From contig DASWCU010000064.1 in assembly GCA_036389935.1 (NCBI GenBank), positions 3,628 to 67,627 of the forward strand: a stretch of 64,000 bases of DNA, given 5' to 3'. The notes beneath the pieces were generated by a model. That model was not told the origin of the DNA and made no database searches. It saw only the letters and a program-made list of their open reading frames with translations. This DNA comes from Candidatus Limnocylindria bacterium. Its GTDB lineage: Bacteria > Chloroflexota > Limnocylindria > P2-11E. The position numbers and the translations under genes were made by a program. Below are positions 43,591-51,933 of this stretch, one piece after another. How positions within the stretch are numbered: the first letter of the stretch is position 1; each line of letters begins with the position of its first letter.

Positions 43591-43655
43591 CCGGCCGGCG
43601 CGCGTCCGGACGCGTAGCGCTCCGGCCGCGGGCGCGTTGCGGAGGGGGAGGAACG

Positions 43656-44159
43656 GTGCGCATCGCGCTCGCGATCGTGGTGCCGCTCGTCGCGGCGCTC
43701 CTCCAGGGCACGGTCGTCCCATTCCTCGCGATCGGAGGCGCTCGCCCCAACATGCCGCTCCTCGTCGCGGGCTCGTGGTCGCTCGCCGCCGGCGCCGGTG
43801 AGGCGGTGTGGTGGGCGTTCCTCGGCGGCCTCGCGACCGACCTGCTCTCGGGCGGCCCACTCGGCGCCTTCGCCATCGCGGCGCTCCCGCCCGTGGCGGT
43901 CATCGGGCTCGGCGAGCGCCCCGCGCCCCGGCCGATCCCGTGGCTCGTCGGCGCCCTGCTCGTCGGCGTGGCCGCGTTCCTGGCCGCGCTCCTCTACGTC
44001 CTCATCCTGTTCGTCGCCGGCCCGCCGCCGCCCGACCTCGGCATCGTGGCCGCGCAGGCCGGTGGGGGAGCCGTCTACACCGGCGTCTGCGCGCTCGCCG
44101 CGTATCCCGTCGCACGATGGGCCACCCGGACGAGGGAAAAGCAGGCATCCTTCGGATGA
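43656..44159 (+). CDS. mreD: rod shape-determining protein MreD
   Basis: 167-aa polytopic membrane protein directly upstream of mrdA and ATGA-coupled to it; GTG with RBS GGAGGGGGAGGA. Confidence 0.6.
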   Translation: MRIALAIVVPLVAALLQGTVVPFLAIGGARPNMPLLVAGSWSLAAGAGEAVWWAFLGGLATDLLSGGPLGAFAIAALPPVAVIGLGERPAPRPIPWLVGALLVGVAAFLAALLYVLILFVAGPPPPDLGIVAAQAGGGAVYTGVCALAAYPVARWATRTREKQASFG

Positions 44160-46060
44160 TGCGCAACGGATCCTCGCGCGCATTCGTACGGCCGTATCGC
44201 TTCGCCGCGATCGGCCTCGTCGTCGTGCTCCTCATCGCGGGGCTCGTCGGCCGCCTCTACGACCTGCAGATCGTGAACGGCCAGCGCTACCACAGCCTCG
44301 CCGAGGACAACCGCGTCCTCCGGCTGCCGGTGAGCGCGGACCGCGGCGTGATCCTCGATCGGAATCACAAGGTGCTCGTCCGCAACACGCCCGGCTTCGC
44401 GGTCAGCATCGTCCCGGTCGACCTTCCCCGCGCACGCGACGCCGAGGTCGCGGCCGCGCTCGGCGTCTTCGTGAACCGCGATGGCCAGGACGTGCTCGAC
44501 GCGATAACCGGTCAGCGCGCGCGCAACCCGTTCGAGCCGGTGAAGATCTCGCTCAAGCCGATCGCCCGCGACGTCGCGCTCCTGCTCACGGAGCGCGCGG
44601 AGCTGTACCCGGGGATGCGCATCGATGCCGAGTCCATCCGCGACTACGTCGAGGGACCGCTCTATTCGCCGCTCATGGGTTACGTCGGGCCGGTGACCGC
44701 CGAGGATCTCGAGGAGCACAAGGACGACTTCGCCTACCTGCCGACCGCGACGATCGGCCGCACCGGGCTCGAGTGGGAGTACGAGAGCTACCTGCGTGGC
44801 ACGTACGGCTGGCGGGAGATCGAGCGCGACGCGGCGCAGCGCGAGGTGAAGACGCTCGGCCAGACGCCGTCGGTCCCGGGCAACAACCTCGTCCTCACGA
44901 TCGACGACCGGCTCCAGCACGTCCTCGCGACGCAGCTCGAGGCCGGCGTCGCGGCGGACGCGTTCACCCAGGCCGTCGGCGTCGCGATGAATCCACAGAA
45001 CGGCGAGATCCTCGCGATGGTGTCGACGCCCTCGTACGACAACAACATGTTCATCCGCGGCATCACGACGAGCGAGATGGCCGGGCTGAACAAGGACGAC
45101 CGCCATCCACTGGTGAACAAGGCGGTGGGGGAGATCTACCCGCCCGGATCGACGTTCAAGATGGTCACCGGGCTCTCCGCGCTCACGGAGGGCACGGCGA
45201 CCCGGAACACGATCGTCAACGTCACCGCGATGTCGATCAATGTCGCGGGCACGAGCTTCTACGACTGGCGCGCGCACGGCGTCCTCGATTTCGTGAACGG
45301 CTTCGCCCACTCGAGCGACATCTACTTCTACACGCTCGCCGGCGGGAGCCCGATGGGCAGCGCCCGCGGGGTCGGGCCGGACGCGATCGCCAAGTACGCG
45401 CGGATGCTCGGGTTCGGCGCCCCGACCGGCATCGACCTTCCGGGCGAGGCCGGCGGCATCATGCCCGACCCGGCCTGGAAGCAGCAGACGTTCGACGAGC
45501 CGTGGACGATCGGCAACACGTATCACGAGGCGATCGGGCAGGGCTACGTGGCGGTCACCCCGTTGCAGCTGCTGAACGCGTACGCGTCGGTCGCGAACGG
45601 CGGTACGGTCTTCGCGCCGCACCTGCTCAAGGAGGTCGAGAGCGCCCAGGGCGGCGTGGTGTTCACCAAGGCGCCCGAGGTCAAGCGCAAGCTCGCGATG
45701 AGGCCCGAGGATCTGCGCCTGATCCGTGAGTCGGCCCGGCGCGTGGTCACGATCGGCCACGCCTACATGCCGAACCTCAAGCTGCCGATCGCCGGGAAGA
45801 CGGGCACGGCCGAATTCGGCGCCTCGTCGGGCAAGGACAGCGCCGGCCGCAACCTCCTCGGGTTCCACAACTGGTTCGTCTCGTTCATGCCGAAGGCGGA
45901 CAACACCGACCCCACGGCCGAGATCGCGATGGTCATCTTCACGTTCAACTCGAGCAAGAGCGTCTGCGACTCGTGCATCAACCCGGCGGTCACGATGACC
46001 CAGAAGGTGTACGAGGCGTACTTCGGCGTGAACGGCGAGAAGAAGGCGGCCCTCCCGTGA
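44156..46060 (+). CDS. mrdA: penicillin-binding protein 2 (elongation transpeptidase)
   Basis: N-terminal TM, 'STFKMVTG' (SxxK), 'SSD', 'KTGTA' motifs. Confidence 0.85.
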   Translation: MMRNGSSRAFVRPYRFAAIGLVVVLLIAGLVGRLYDLQIVNGQRYHSLAEDNRVLRLPVSADRGVILDRNHKVLVRNTPGFAVSIVPVDLPRARDAEVAAALGVFVNRDGQDVLDAITGQRARNPFEPVKISLKPIARDVALLLTERAELYPGMRIDAESIRDYVEGPLYSPLMGYVGPVTAEDLEEHKDDFAYLPTATIGRTGLEWEYESYLRGTYGWREIERDAAQREVKTLGQTPSVPGNNLVLTIDDRLQHVLATQLEAGVAADAFTQAVGVAMNPQNGEILAMVSTPSYDNNMFIRGITTSEMAGLNKDDRHPLVNKAVGEIYPPGSTFKMVTGLSALTEGTATRNTIVNVTAMSINVAGTSFYDWRAHGVLDFVNGFAHSSDIYFYTLAGGSPMGSARGVGPDAIAKYARMLGFGAPTGIDLPGEAGGIMPDPAWKQQTFDEPWTIGNTYHEAIGQGYVAVTPLQLLNAYASVANGGTVFAPHLLKEVESAQGGVVFTKAPEVKRKLAMRPEDLRLIRESARRVVTIGHAYMPNLKLPIAGKTGTAEFGASSGKDSAGRNLLGFHNWFVSFMPKADNTDPTAEIAMVIFTFNSSKSVCDSCINPAVTMTQKVYEAYFGVNGEKKAALP

Positions 46061-47223
46061 GCGTCGGGTCGGTCTCGCTGCCGCGCGCCGCATCGCCGCT
46101 GCACGACCGGCCCACGGTCCGACGGCTCGAGTTCGTGGATCCGTACCTGCTCATCGCGACGCTCCTCCTCGTCGCGTACGGCCTCGTGATCACGTACTCC
46201 ACCACGTTCGAGGACCGCTCGGCCGGCGACCCGATGCAGTTCGTCGTCCGGGGCGTGATCTTCGCCATCCTTGGACTGGCCGCGATGGCGGTCGTGGCGT
46301 ACTTCGACTACGCGTGGTCGGGAACGTTCGCGCCCCTGCTCTACCTCCTGACGCTCGGCCTGCTCGCGCTCGTGCTGTTCATCGGCCACAGCGTGCTCGG
46401 CGGGCAGCGCTGGGTGACCATCGCCGGGCAGAAGTTCCAGTTCAGCGAGTTCGCGAAGGTGCTCATCATCATCGTGCTCGCGAAGTACTTCGCCGACCGG
46501 CACGATCGCATCACCTCGCCGCTCGTCCTCCTCGGCGCGCTCGCGCTCCTGCTCCCGCCGTTCGCGCTCGTCTACCGCCAGCCGGACCTCGGCACGAGCC
46601 TCGTATTCGTGGCCATCTTCTTCGGCATGGCGTTCCTGGCCGGCGCCCGGCTCTGGCAGCTCGCCACGCTGGTCGCGACGGCCATCGCGGGCTTCCCGCT
46701 CATCTGGTCGATCCTCCAGCCCTACCAGCGCGGGCGACTCACCGCGTTCCTCGATCCGTACGCCGATCCGCAGGGCGCCGGCTGGAACATCATCCAGTCC
46801 CTCATCGCGATCGGCTCCGGCCAGGCGACGGGCAAGGGCCTCACGGCCGGGACGCAGTCGCCGCTCGGCTATCTGCCGATCGCGGAGTCCGACTTCGTGT
46901 TCGCCGGGCTGGCCGAGGACCTCGGCTTCATCGGCGCGGTCATCCTGTTCGCGCTGTACGTGGTGCTGCTCGCGGCGACGCTGCGGATCGCGTTCCGAGC
47001 GCGCGATCCGTTCGGCACCTACGTGGCGGCTGGCGTGTTCGCGATGCTCGCGTTCCAGCTCGTGGTGAATGTCGGCATGGCGATGAGCCTCATGCCGGTC
47101 ACCGGCATCCCGCTGCCGTTCATCTCACACGGTGGCTCGTCGCTCCTCTCGGTATGCATCGCCCTCGGCGTCCTGCAATCGGTCGCGATGCGCCGAGATA
47201 CCGACCGGCTCAAGCTCCCGTAG
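46057..47223 (+). CDS. rodA: SEDS-family peptidoglycan glycosyltransferase RodA
   Basis: FtsW/RodA/SpoVE family; GTG start in a GTGA overlap with the mrdA stop. Confidence 0.85.
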   Translation: MSVGSVSLPRAASPLHDRPTVRRLEFVDPYLLIATLLLVAYGLVITYSTTFEDRSAGDPMQFVVRGVIFAILGLAAMAVVAYFDYAWSGTFAPLLYLLTLGLLALVLFIGHSVLGGQRWVTIAGQKFQFSEFAKVLIIIVLAKYFADRHDRITSPLVLLGALALLLPPFALVYRQPDLGTSLVFVAIFFGMAFLAGARLWQLATLVATAIAGFPLIWSILQPYQRGRLTAFLDPYADPQGAGWNIIQSLIAIGSGQATGKGLTAGTQSPLGYLPIAESDFVFAGLAEDLGFIGAVILFALYVVLLAATLRIAFRARDPFGTYVAAGVFAMLAFQLVVNVGMAMSLMPVTGIPLPFISHGGSSLLSVCIALGVLQSVAMRRDTDRLKLP

Positions 47224-47866
47224 CCGGGAGCCCGGCCGGCGGAAGTGCGGCCGCGTCCGCGGGGATCGAGTAGTAGGCACCCCGCGGGTCGAAGAGCGCG
47301 TCGTTCGCCGCGATCAGGCCTCGGATCTCGTCCCGCACCCGCCGCGCGAAGCTCGCTTCCGCGGGGCTCAAGGCCACGAGCTGCTCCTCGTCCTTCTCCG
47401 TTACGTCGCCGCCCGGGCCGATCAATACGTCCAAGAACAGGTCGACGAACTCGATCACGTCGTCCTCGATCGTGGGACGTCGTGCCACGTCGACATAGAA
47501 GTGCTTCGCGCTCTCGGCGCCGTAACAGCTGATGACGAACGCGCGCTCCCGGTGGAACGCCGTCAACCCGGCGTGCTCCTGGGTCCATCCGCCGAGGCGG
47601 TTGGCCCAACCGGTGCCGGCCGGGTGGAGCACGCGAGCCCAGCCCTCGTGGTCGTTCAAGCGATATCCACGCCGCGTCTGCCAGATGGAGCCGTCGGGAA
47701 TGCGCTTGTCGATCCGAACGAGTGGGTACACCTCTATACTTTGTGCTTCAACGGCTGCGAACGGGAGCAGTAGCCGCGCGCCATCGCCAAGCGAGCCGGC
47801 GGCAGGTGCGAGCCGGTGCGATGGAGCGGTGAACTCGCCCGGGAGCCGCGATCGTGACGTCCACAC
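47210..47866 (-). CDS. DUF402 family protein (YgaC/FomD-like); start uncertain
   Basis: 'VDLFLDVLIGPGGDVTEKDEEQL' DUF402 signature; the upstream part of the long ORF overlaps the tRNA-Ala gene on the other strand, so I use an internal GTG. Confidence 0.5.
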   Translation of the reverse strand: MWTSRSRLPGEFTAPSHRLAPAAGSLGDGARLLLPFAAVEAQSIEVYPLVRIDKRIPDGSIWQTRRGYRLNDHEGWARVLHPAGTGWANRLGGWTQEHAGLTAFHRERAFVISCYGAESAKHFYVDVARRPTIEDDVIEFVDLFLDVLIGPGGDVTEKDEEQLVALSPAEASFARRVRDEIRGLIAANDALFDPRGAYYSIPADAAALPPAGLPATGA

Positions 47867-47933
47867 GGGCCAGCGATCGCCGGGGCCACGTCCCGTTACC
47901 ACCGTGCTCGAGCGGAGACGAACGTTCGTTGCT

Positions 47934-48008
<75 letters not shown>

Positions 48009-48032
48009 GCCGCGCAGCGGTGGGCGTCTCAA

Positions 48033-48053
48033 GTCGGGGTGGTACCGCGGAAG
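48033..48053 (+). promoter_or_regulatory. T-box antiterminator-like sequence (GGGGTGGTACCGCGG) with no upstream Stem I/specifier
   Basis: Exact match to the T-box core GGGUGGNACCGCGG; the UGGU bulge is complementary to an ACCA tRNA 3' end; possible A1 helix GGGG(48036-39)/CCCC(48066-69) competes with the terminator 5' arm. Confidence 0.5.
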
Positions 48054-48095
48054 TGGCCCTTTCGTCCCCAACACGGACGGTGGGCCATTTTTTAT
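48054..48095 (+). terminator. intrinsic terminator after tRNA-Ala / T-box-like element
   Basis: TGGCCC-ttt-CGTCC-ccaacac-GGACG-gt-GGGCCA two-tier hairpin followed by TTTTTTAT. Confidence 0.6.
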
Positions 48096-48113
48096 CGAGA
48101 AGAGAACGAAGCC

Positions 48114-48189
48114 GAGCGACGAGCGGCTTCGCCGCGCGGAGCGAGTCTGCCAGCCCTGAGCGCGTCTCGGGCCGAAGGCCGAGAGATTG
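48114..48189 (+). repeat. ~76-nt structured repeat element, copy 1, in the leuS 5' leader ending at the RBS
   Basis: ~87% identical to copy 2; contains hairpin GCGGC-ttc-GCCGC and hairpin TCTCGGgCC-GAA-GGCCGAGA (48165-48184), then GAGATTG immediately before GAGGAGG and the leuS GTG. Confidence 0.55.
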
Positions 48190-48202
48190 AGGAGGTGCCG
48201 CG

Positions 48203-50635
48203 GTGACGAGCGAGACGAAGCTGGAGCGCTACGCGCCCGCCGCCATCGAGGCGCGCTGGCAGGCCCGCTGGGCCGAGACCGGCGCGCACGAGACGCCGGA
48301 CACCTCCGATCGGCCCAACTTCTACTTCGTGACGATGTATCCGTACCCTTCGGGCGAGCTGCACGTCGGTCACTGGTACGCGATGGCGCCGTCGGACTGC
48401 GCGGCGCGCTTCCTGCGGATGCGCGGCCACAACGTCCTGTTCCCGATGGGCTTCGACGCCTTCGGCCTGCCCGCGGAGAACGCCGCGATCAAGCGCGGGC
48501 TCCATCCCGCGGTGTGGACCGAGCAGAACATGGCCCACATGCGCGACCAGTTCCGGATGATGGGCGCGTCCATCGACTGGCGGCGCGAGGTGGTCACGTG
48601 CTACCCCGAGTACTACCGCTGGAACCAATGGATCTTCCTGAAGCTGCTGGAGCGTGGTCTCGCGTACCGGGCGAAGGCACCGGTGAACTGGTGCCCCAAG
48701 GATCAGACCGTGCTCGCGAACGAGCAGGTGATCAACGGTCGCTGTGAACGCTGCGATACGCCGGTCGTCAAACGTGACCTCGAGCAGTGGTTCTTCCGCA
48801 TCACCAAGTACGCCGACGAGCTGCTGCGCTTCGACGGCATCGACTGGCCCGAACGCGTCCGGGTGATGCAAACGAACTGGATCGGCCGGTCCGAGGGCGT
48901 CGAGATCGAGTTCGCCGTCGACGGGCATCGCGACGCGCGGATCCGATTCTTCACCACGCGGCCGGACACCATCCACGGAGCGACGTTCATGGTGCTGGCG
49001 CCCGAGCACCCGCTCGTGCAGACCATCACCATCCCGGCGCAGCGAAGCGCCGTGGAGGCGTACGTCGCGCGCACCCGCGACCTCGCCGAGATCGAGCGCG
49101 CCGCGGCCGACCGCGAGAAGACCGGCGTCGACACCGGTGCGTTCGCGCTGAACGCGTTCACCGGCGAACGCATCCCGATCTGGATCGCGGACTACGTCCT
49201 CGCGACGTACGGGACCGGCGCGATCATGGCCGTGCCCGGGCACGACGAACGCGACTTCGCGTTCGCCGAGCGATACGGCCTCGAGATCCGTGAGGTGATC
49301 TCACCGGACGGCGTGGAGCACGCGCACTTGGCCGCCGCGTACCTGGGACCGGGGACGATGGTCCGAAGCGGCTCCTTCAGCGGGATGCCGAGCGAGGACG
49401 GGAAGCGCGCCGTCGCGGAGGCGGCGGAGCGGCAGGGGATCGGCGGGCCGGCGGTGACCTACCGGATCCGTGACTGGCTCATCTCCCGCCAGCGCTACTG
49501 GGGCACGCCCATCCCGGTCGTGTACTGCGACCGCGACGGCGTCGTGCCGGTCCCGGAGGACCAGCTGCCGGTGGTGTTGCCCCGGGACACCGAGTTCACG
49601 ACCGAGGGCGGGAACCCGCTCGCGCGGGTCGACGCCTTCGTCAAGACGACCTGTCCGAGGTGCGACGGTCCCGCTCGGCGGGAGACCGACACCTTGGACA
49701 CGTTCGTCGATTCCTCGTGGTACGTGTACCGGTATCCCGATCCGAAGATCGACACCGCGTTCATGAACGTGGACGTGGCGCGGCGGTGGCTGCCCGTCGC
49801 GCGCTACACCGGCGGGATCGAGCACGCGATCCTGCATCTGCTCTACGCCCGGTTCGTCTGCAAGGCGCTGCGCGACATGGGCTACCTGTGGTTCGACGAG
49901 CCGTTCCGTCACCTTCGGAACCAGGGAACCATCGTGTTCGGCGGCCGCAAGATGTCGAAATCCAAAGGCAACGTGCAGCCGCCCGACGAATATGTCGCCC
50001 GCTACGGCGCCGACACGCTGCGCCTGTTCCTGATGTTCATGGGCCCCTGGACCGAGGGCTCGGATTGGGACTCCGCCGGCATCGAGGGCACCTGGCGCTT
50101 CCTGAACCGCGTCTGGATGGTCGCCTTGGGCGACGCGGACCTGACCGGACCTCGTGACGTCGAGCTCGACCGGACCCTGCACCGGACGATCAAGAAGGTC
50201 ACGGAGGATCTCGAGGCCTATCACTTCAATACCGCGATCGCGGCGCTGATGGAGCTGACCACCGCGCTCCTGCACGCCTCCGGCCCGAGCCGGAAGGATG
50301 GGACCGACGCCGTCGTCCTGATGCTCGCGCCGTTCGCACCGCACATCGCCGAGGAGCTGTGGGAGCGGCGGGGCCGGACCGGGTCCGTGCACGCGCAGCG
50401 CTGGCCCGAGCACGACCCCGAGGCGGCCCGTGACAGGGAGGTCACCCTCGTGGTGCAGGTCGATGGCCGGCTCCGCGACCGTCTCAGCGTGCCCGCCGGG
50501 CTGCCCGAGGCGGCCGCGCGCGAGGCCGCGTTGCGGAGCGCGAAGGTCGCGCACGCGATCGGTGACCGGCCCGTGGCTCGCGTCATCGTCGTGCCGGATA
50601 GGCTCGTGAGCGTGGTGACCGAGCGCGGATCGTGA
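48203..50635 (+). CDS. leuS: leucine--tRNA ligase
   Basis: 'HVGHWYAM' (HIGH), 'KMSKSKGN' (KMSKS), full-length 810-aa class I LeuRS; GTG start 7 nt after GAGGAGG. Confidence 0.95.
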   Translation: MTSETKLERYAPAAIEARWQARWAETGAHETPDTSDRPNFYFVTMYPYPSGELHVGHWYAMAPSDCAARFLRMRGHNVLFPMGFDAFGLPAENAAIKRGLHPAVWTEQNMAHMRDQFRMMGASIDWRREVVTCYPEYYRWNQWIFLKLLERGLAYRAKAPVNWCPKDQTVLANEQVINGRCERCDTPVVKRDLEQWFFRITKYADELLRFDGIDWPERVRVMQTNWIGRSEGVEIEFAVDGHRDARIRFFTTRPDTIHGATFMVLAPEHPLVQTITIPAQRSAVEAYVARTRDLAEIERAAADREKTGVDTGAFALNAFTGERIPIWIADYVLATYGTGAIMAVPGHDERDFAFAERYGLEIREVISPDGVEHAHLAAAYLGPGTMVRSGSFSGMPSEDGKRAVAEAAERQGIGGPAVTYRIRDWLISRQRYWGTPIPVVYCDRDGVVPVPEDQLPVVLPRDTEFTTEGGNPLARVDAFVKTTCPRCDGPARRETDTLDTFVDSSWYVYRYPDPKIDTAFMNVDVARRWLPVARYTGGIEHAILHLLYARFVCKALRDMGYLWFDEPFRHLRNQGTIVFGGRKMSKSKGNVQPPDEYVARYGADTLRLFLMFMGPWTEGSDWDSAGIEGTWRFLNRVWMVALGDADLTGPRDVELDRTLHRTIKKVTEDLEAYHFNTAIAALMELTTALLHASGPSRKDGTDAVVLMLAPFAPHIAEELWERRGRTGSVHAQRWPEHDPEAARDREVTLVVQVDGRLRDRLSVPAGLPEAAAREAALRSAKVAHAIGDRPVARVIVVPDRLVSVVTERGS

Positions 50636-51039
50636 GCCAGGCCGAGATCCGCCTCGCGGCCCTCTGCGACCACGCCCTCGTGGCGCAGGACGGCAAGGTC
50701 AGCATCCTCGGGGTGTTCCGGAACATCAGCGTCACCGGGCTGCCGGCGCAGCACCCGCGGATGTTCCTCGTCGCCGTACTTGGACTCGACGCGGGGTCGC
50801 ACGCGGTCGTCGTGCGGCTGCGGAAGCCCGACGGCGGACAGGGGATGCCGAACCCGCCCGAGATCTCGGTGACCGCGATCGCAGGCCAGGATGTCAACGT
50901 CATCGTCGAGCTGAACAACCTGAGCTTCACGACCTTCGGGACGCATCGGTTCGATCTCGAGGTGGACGGCGACAAGGTGGGCACCCTTCCGGTCTCGATC
51001 GTCCAGATGACCCAACCGCAGCAGGGCCGGCCGAACTGA
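50632..51039 (+). CDS. conserved hypothetical protein (135 aa) GTGA-coupled to leuS
   Basis: GTG overlaps the leuS TGA; globular-looking sequence 'AEIRLAALCDHALVAQDGKVSILGVF...FDLEVDGDKVGTLPVSIV'; family not recognised. Confidence 0.5.
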   Translation: MSQAEIRLAALCDHALVAQDGKVSILGVFRNISVTGLPAQHPRMFLVAVLGLDAGSHAVVVRLRKPDGGQGMPNPPEISVTAIAGQDVNVIVELNNLSFTTFGTHRFDLEVDGDKVGTLPVSIVQMTQPQQGRPN

Positions 51040-51073
51040 GCCGATCGGGCGATCGGAGGGTCACTACGGGAGG

Positions 51074-51150
51074 AGCGACGAGCGGCCTTGCCGCGAGGAG
51101 CGAGTTCCACCAGCCTTGAGCGTGTCTCCTGGCCAAAGGCCAGAGATTGG
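51074..51150 (+). repeat. ~77-nt structured repeat element, copy 2, ~230 nt upstream of comEA
   Basis: Same two hairpins as copy 1, with a compensatory change in hairpin 2 (TCTCcTGGCC-AAA-GGCCAGAGA, 51126-51147). Confidence 0.55.
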
Positions 51151-51378
51151 ACCGGACCGGTAGGGCGAGCGCCCCGATCGGACGGCCCGAAGGCGGGCTC
51201 CGGACCCGATCGGTCAGACCGCGGGGCAGGGCGATGAGCGCGAGGACAGGGTGGGGGACAGCGAGAGGTCAGGGCGAGGGCGGCGGCCCGACCCTCGTGG
51301 GCAGGCGGTGGACCCAAAGGACGACGACCGCCGCCCAAAAGGAGGACTGGCCACGCCCTCCCCGCCCTGCGCATCGTC

Positions 51379-51933
51379 GTGCCCGTGCGCCGCCTGCTCC
51401 TGCTCTTCGTTCCGGTCCTCGCGCTCGGTGGCCTGGCGGTCGGCGTGGTCACGCGCTCGCACGACGACCCGCCGGTCGTCGACCCCGTCGCCGAGCCCAC
51501 TCCTCGACCGGTGCCGCAGACGATCCTCGTCGACGTCGTCGGCGCGGTCGCGCGGCCCGGCGTCGTGCGTCTGCCCGCGGGCGCGCGAGTGCTCGACGCG
51601 CTGCTCGCGGCCGGCGGCATGACCGCCGAGGCCGATCTCGTCGCGCTCAACAAGGCCGCGCCGCTTCGCGACGGCATGCGCATCTATGTGCCCCGGCCGG
51701 GCGAGCTCGTGCCCGCCGGCAGCGCAGGCAGCCCGGCCGAGACGAAGGTGAACCTGAACAACGCGACGGCGACCGAGCTGGAGGCACTGCCGGGGGTGGG
51801 CCCGAGCACGGCGGCGCGCATCGTCCGCTCGCGCGACGCGAAGCCGTTCGCCAAGCCCGAGGACCTCCAGACCCGCGGTCTCGTGTCGCCGCGGGTCTTC
51901 GCCGATCTCCGCGACCTCGTCAGCGTGCGATGA
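51379..51933 (+). CDS. comEA: competence protein ComEA (signal/TM + helix-hairpin-helix DNA-binding domain)
   Basis: 'VNLNNATATELEALPGVGPSTAARIV' HhH motif. Confidence 0.75.
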   Translation: MPVRRLLLLFVPVLALGGLAVGVVTRSHDDPPVVDPVAEPTPRPVPQTILVDVVGAVARPGVVRLPAGARVLDALLAAGGMTAEADLVALNKAAPLRDGMRIYVPRPGELVPAGSAGSPAETKVNLNNATATELEALPGVGPSTAARIVRSRDAKPFAKPEDLQTRGLVSPRVFADLRDLVSVR

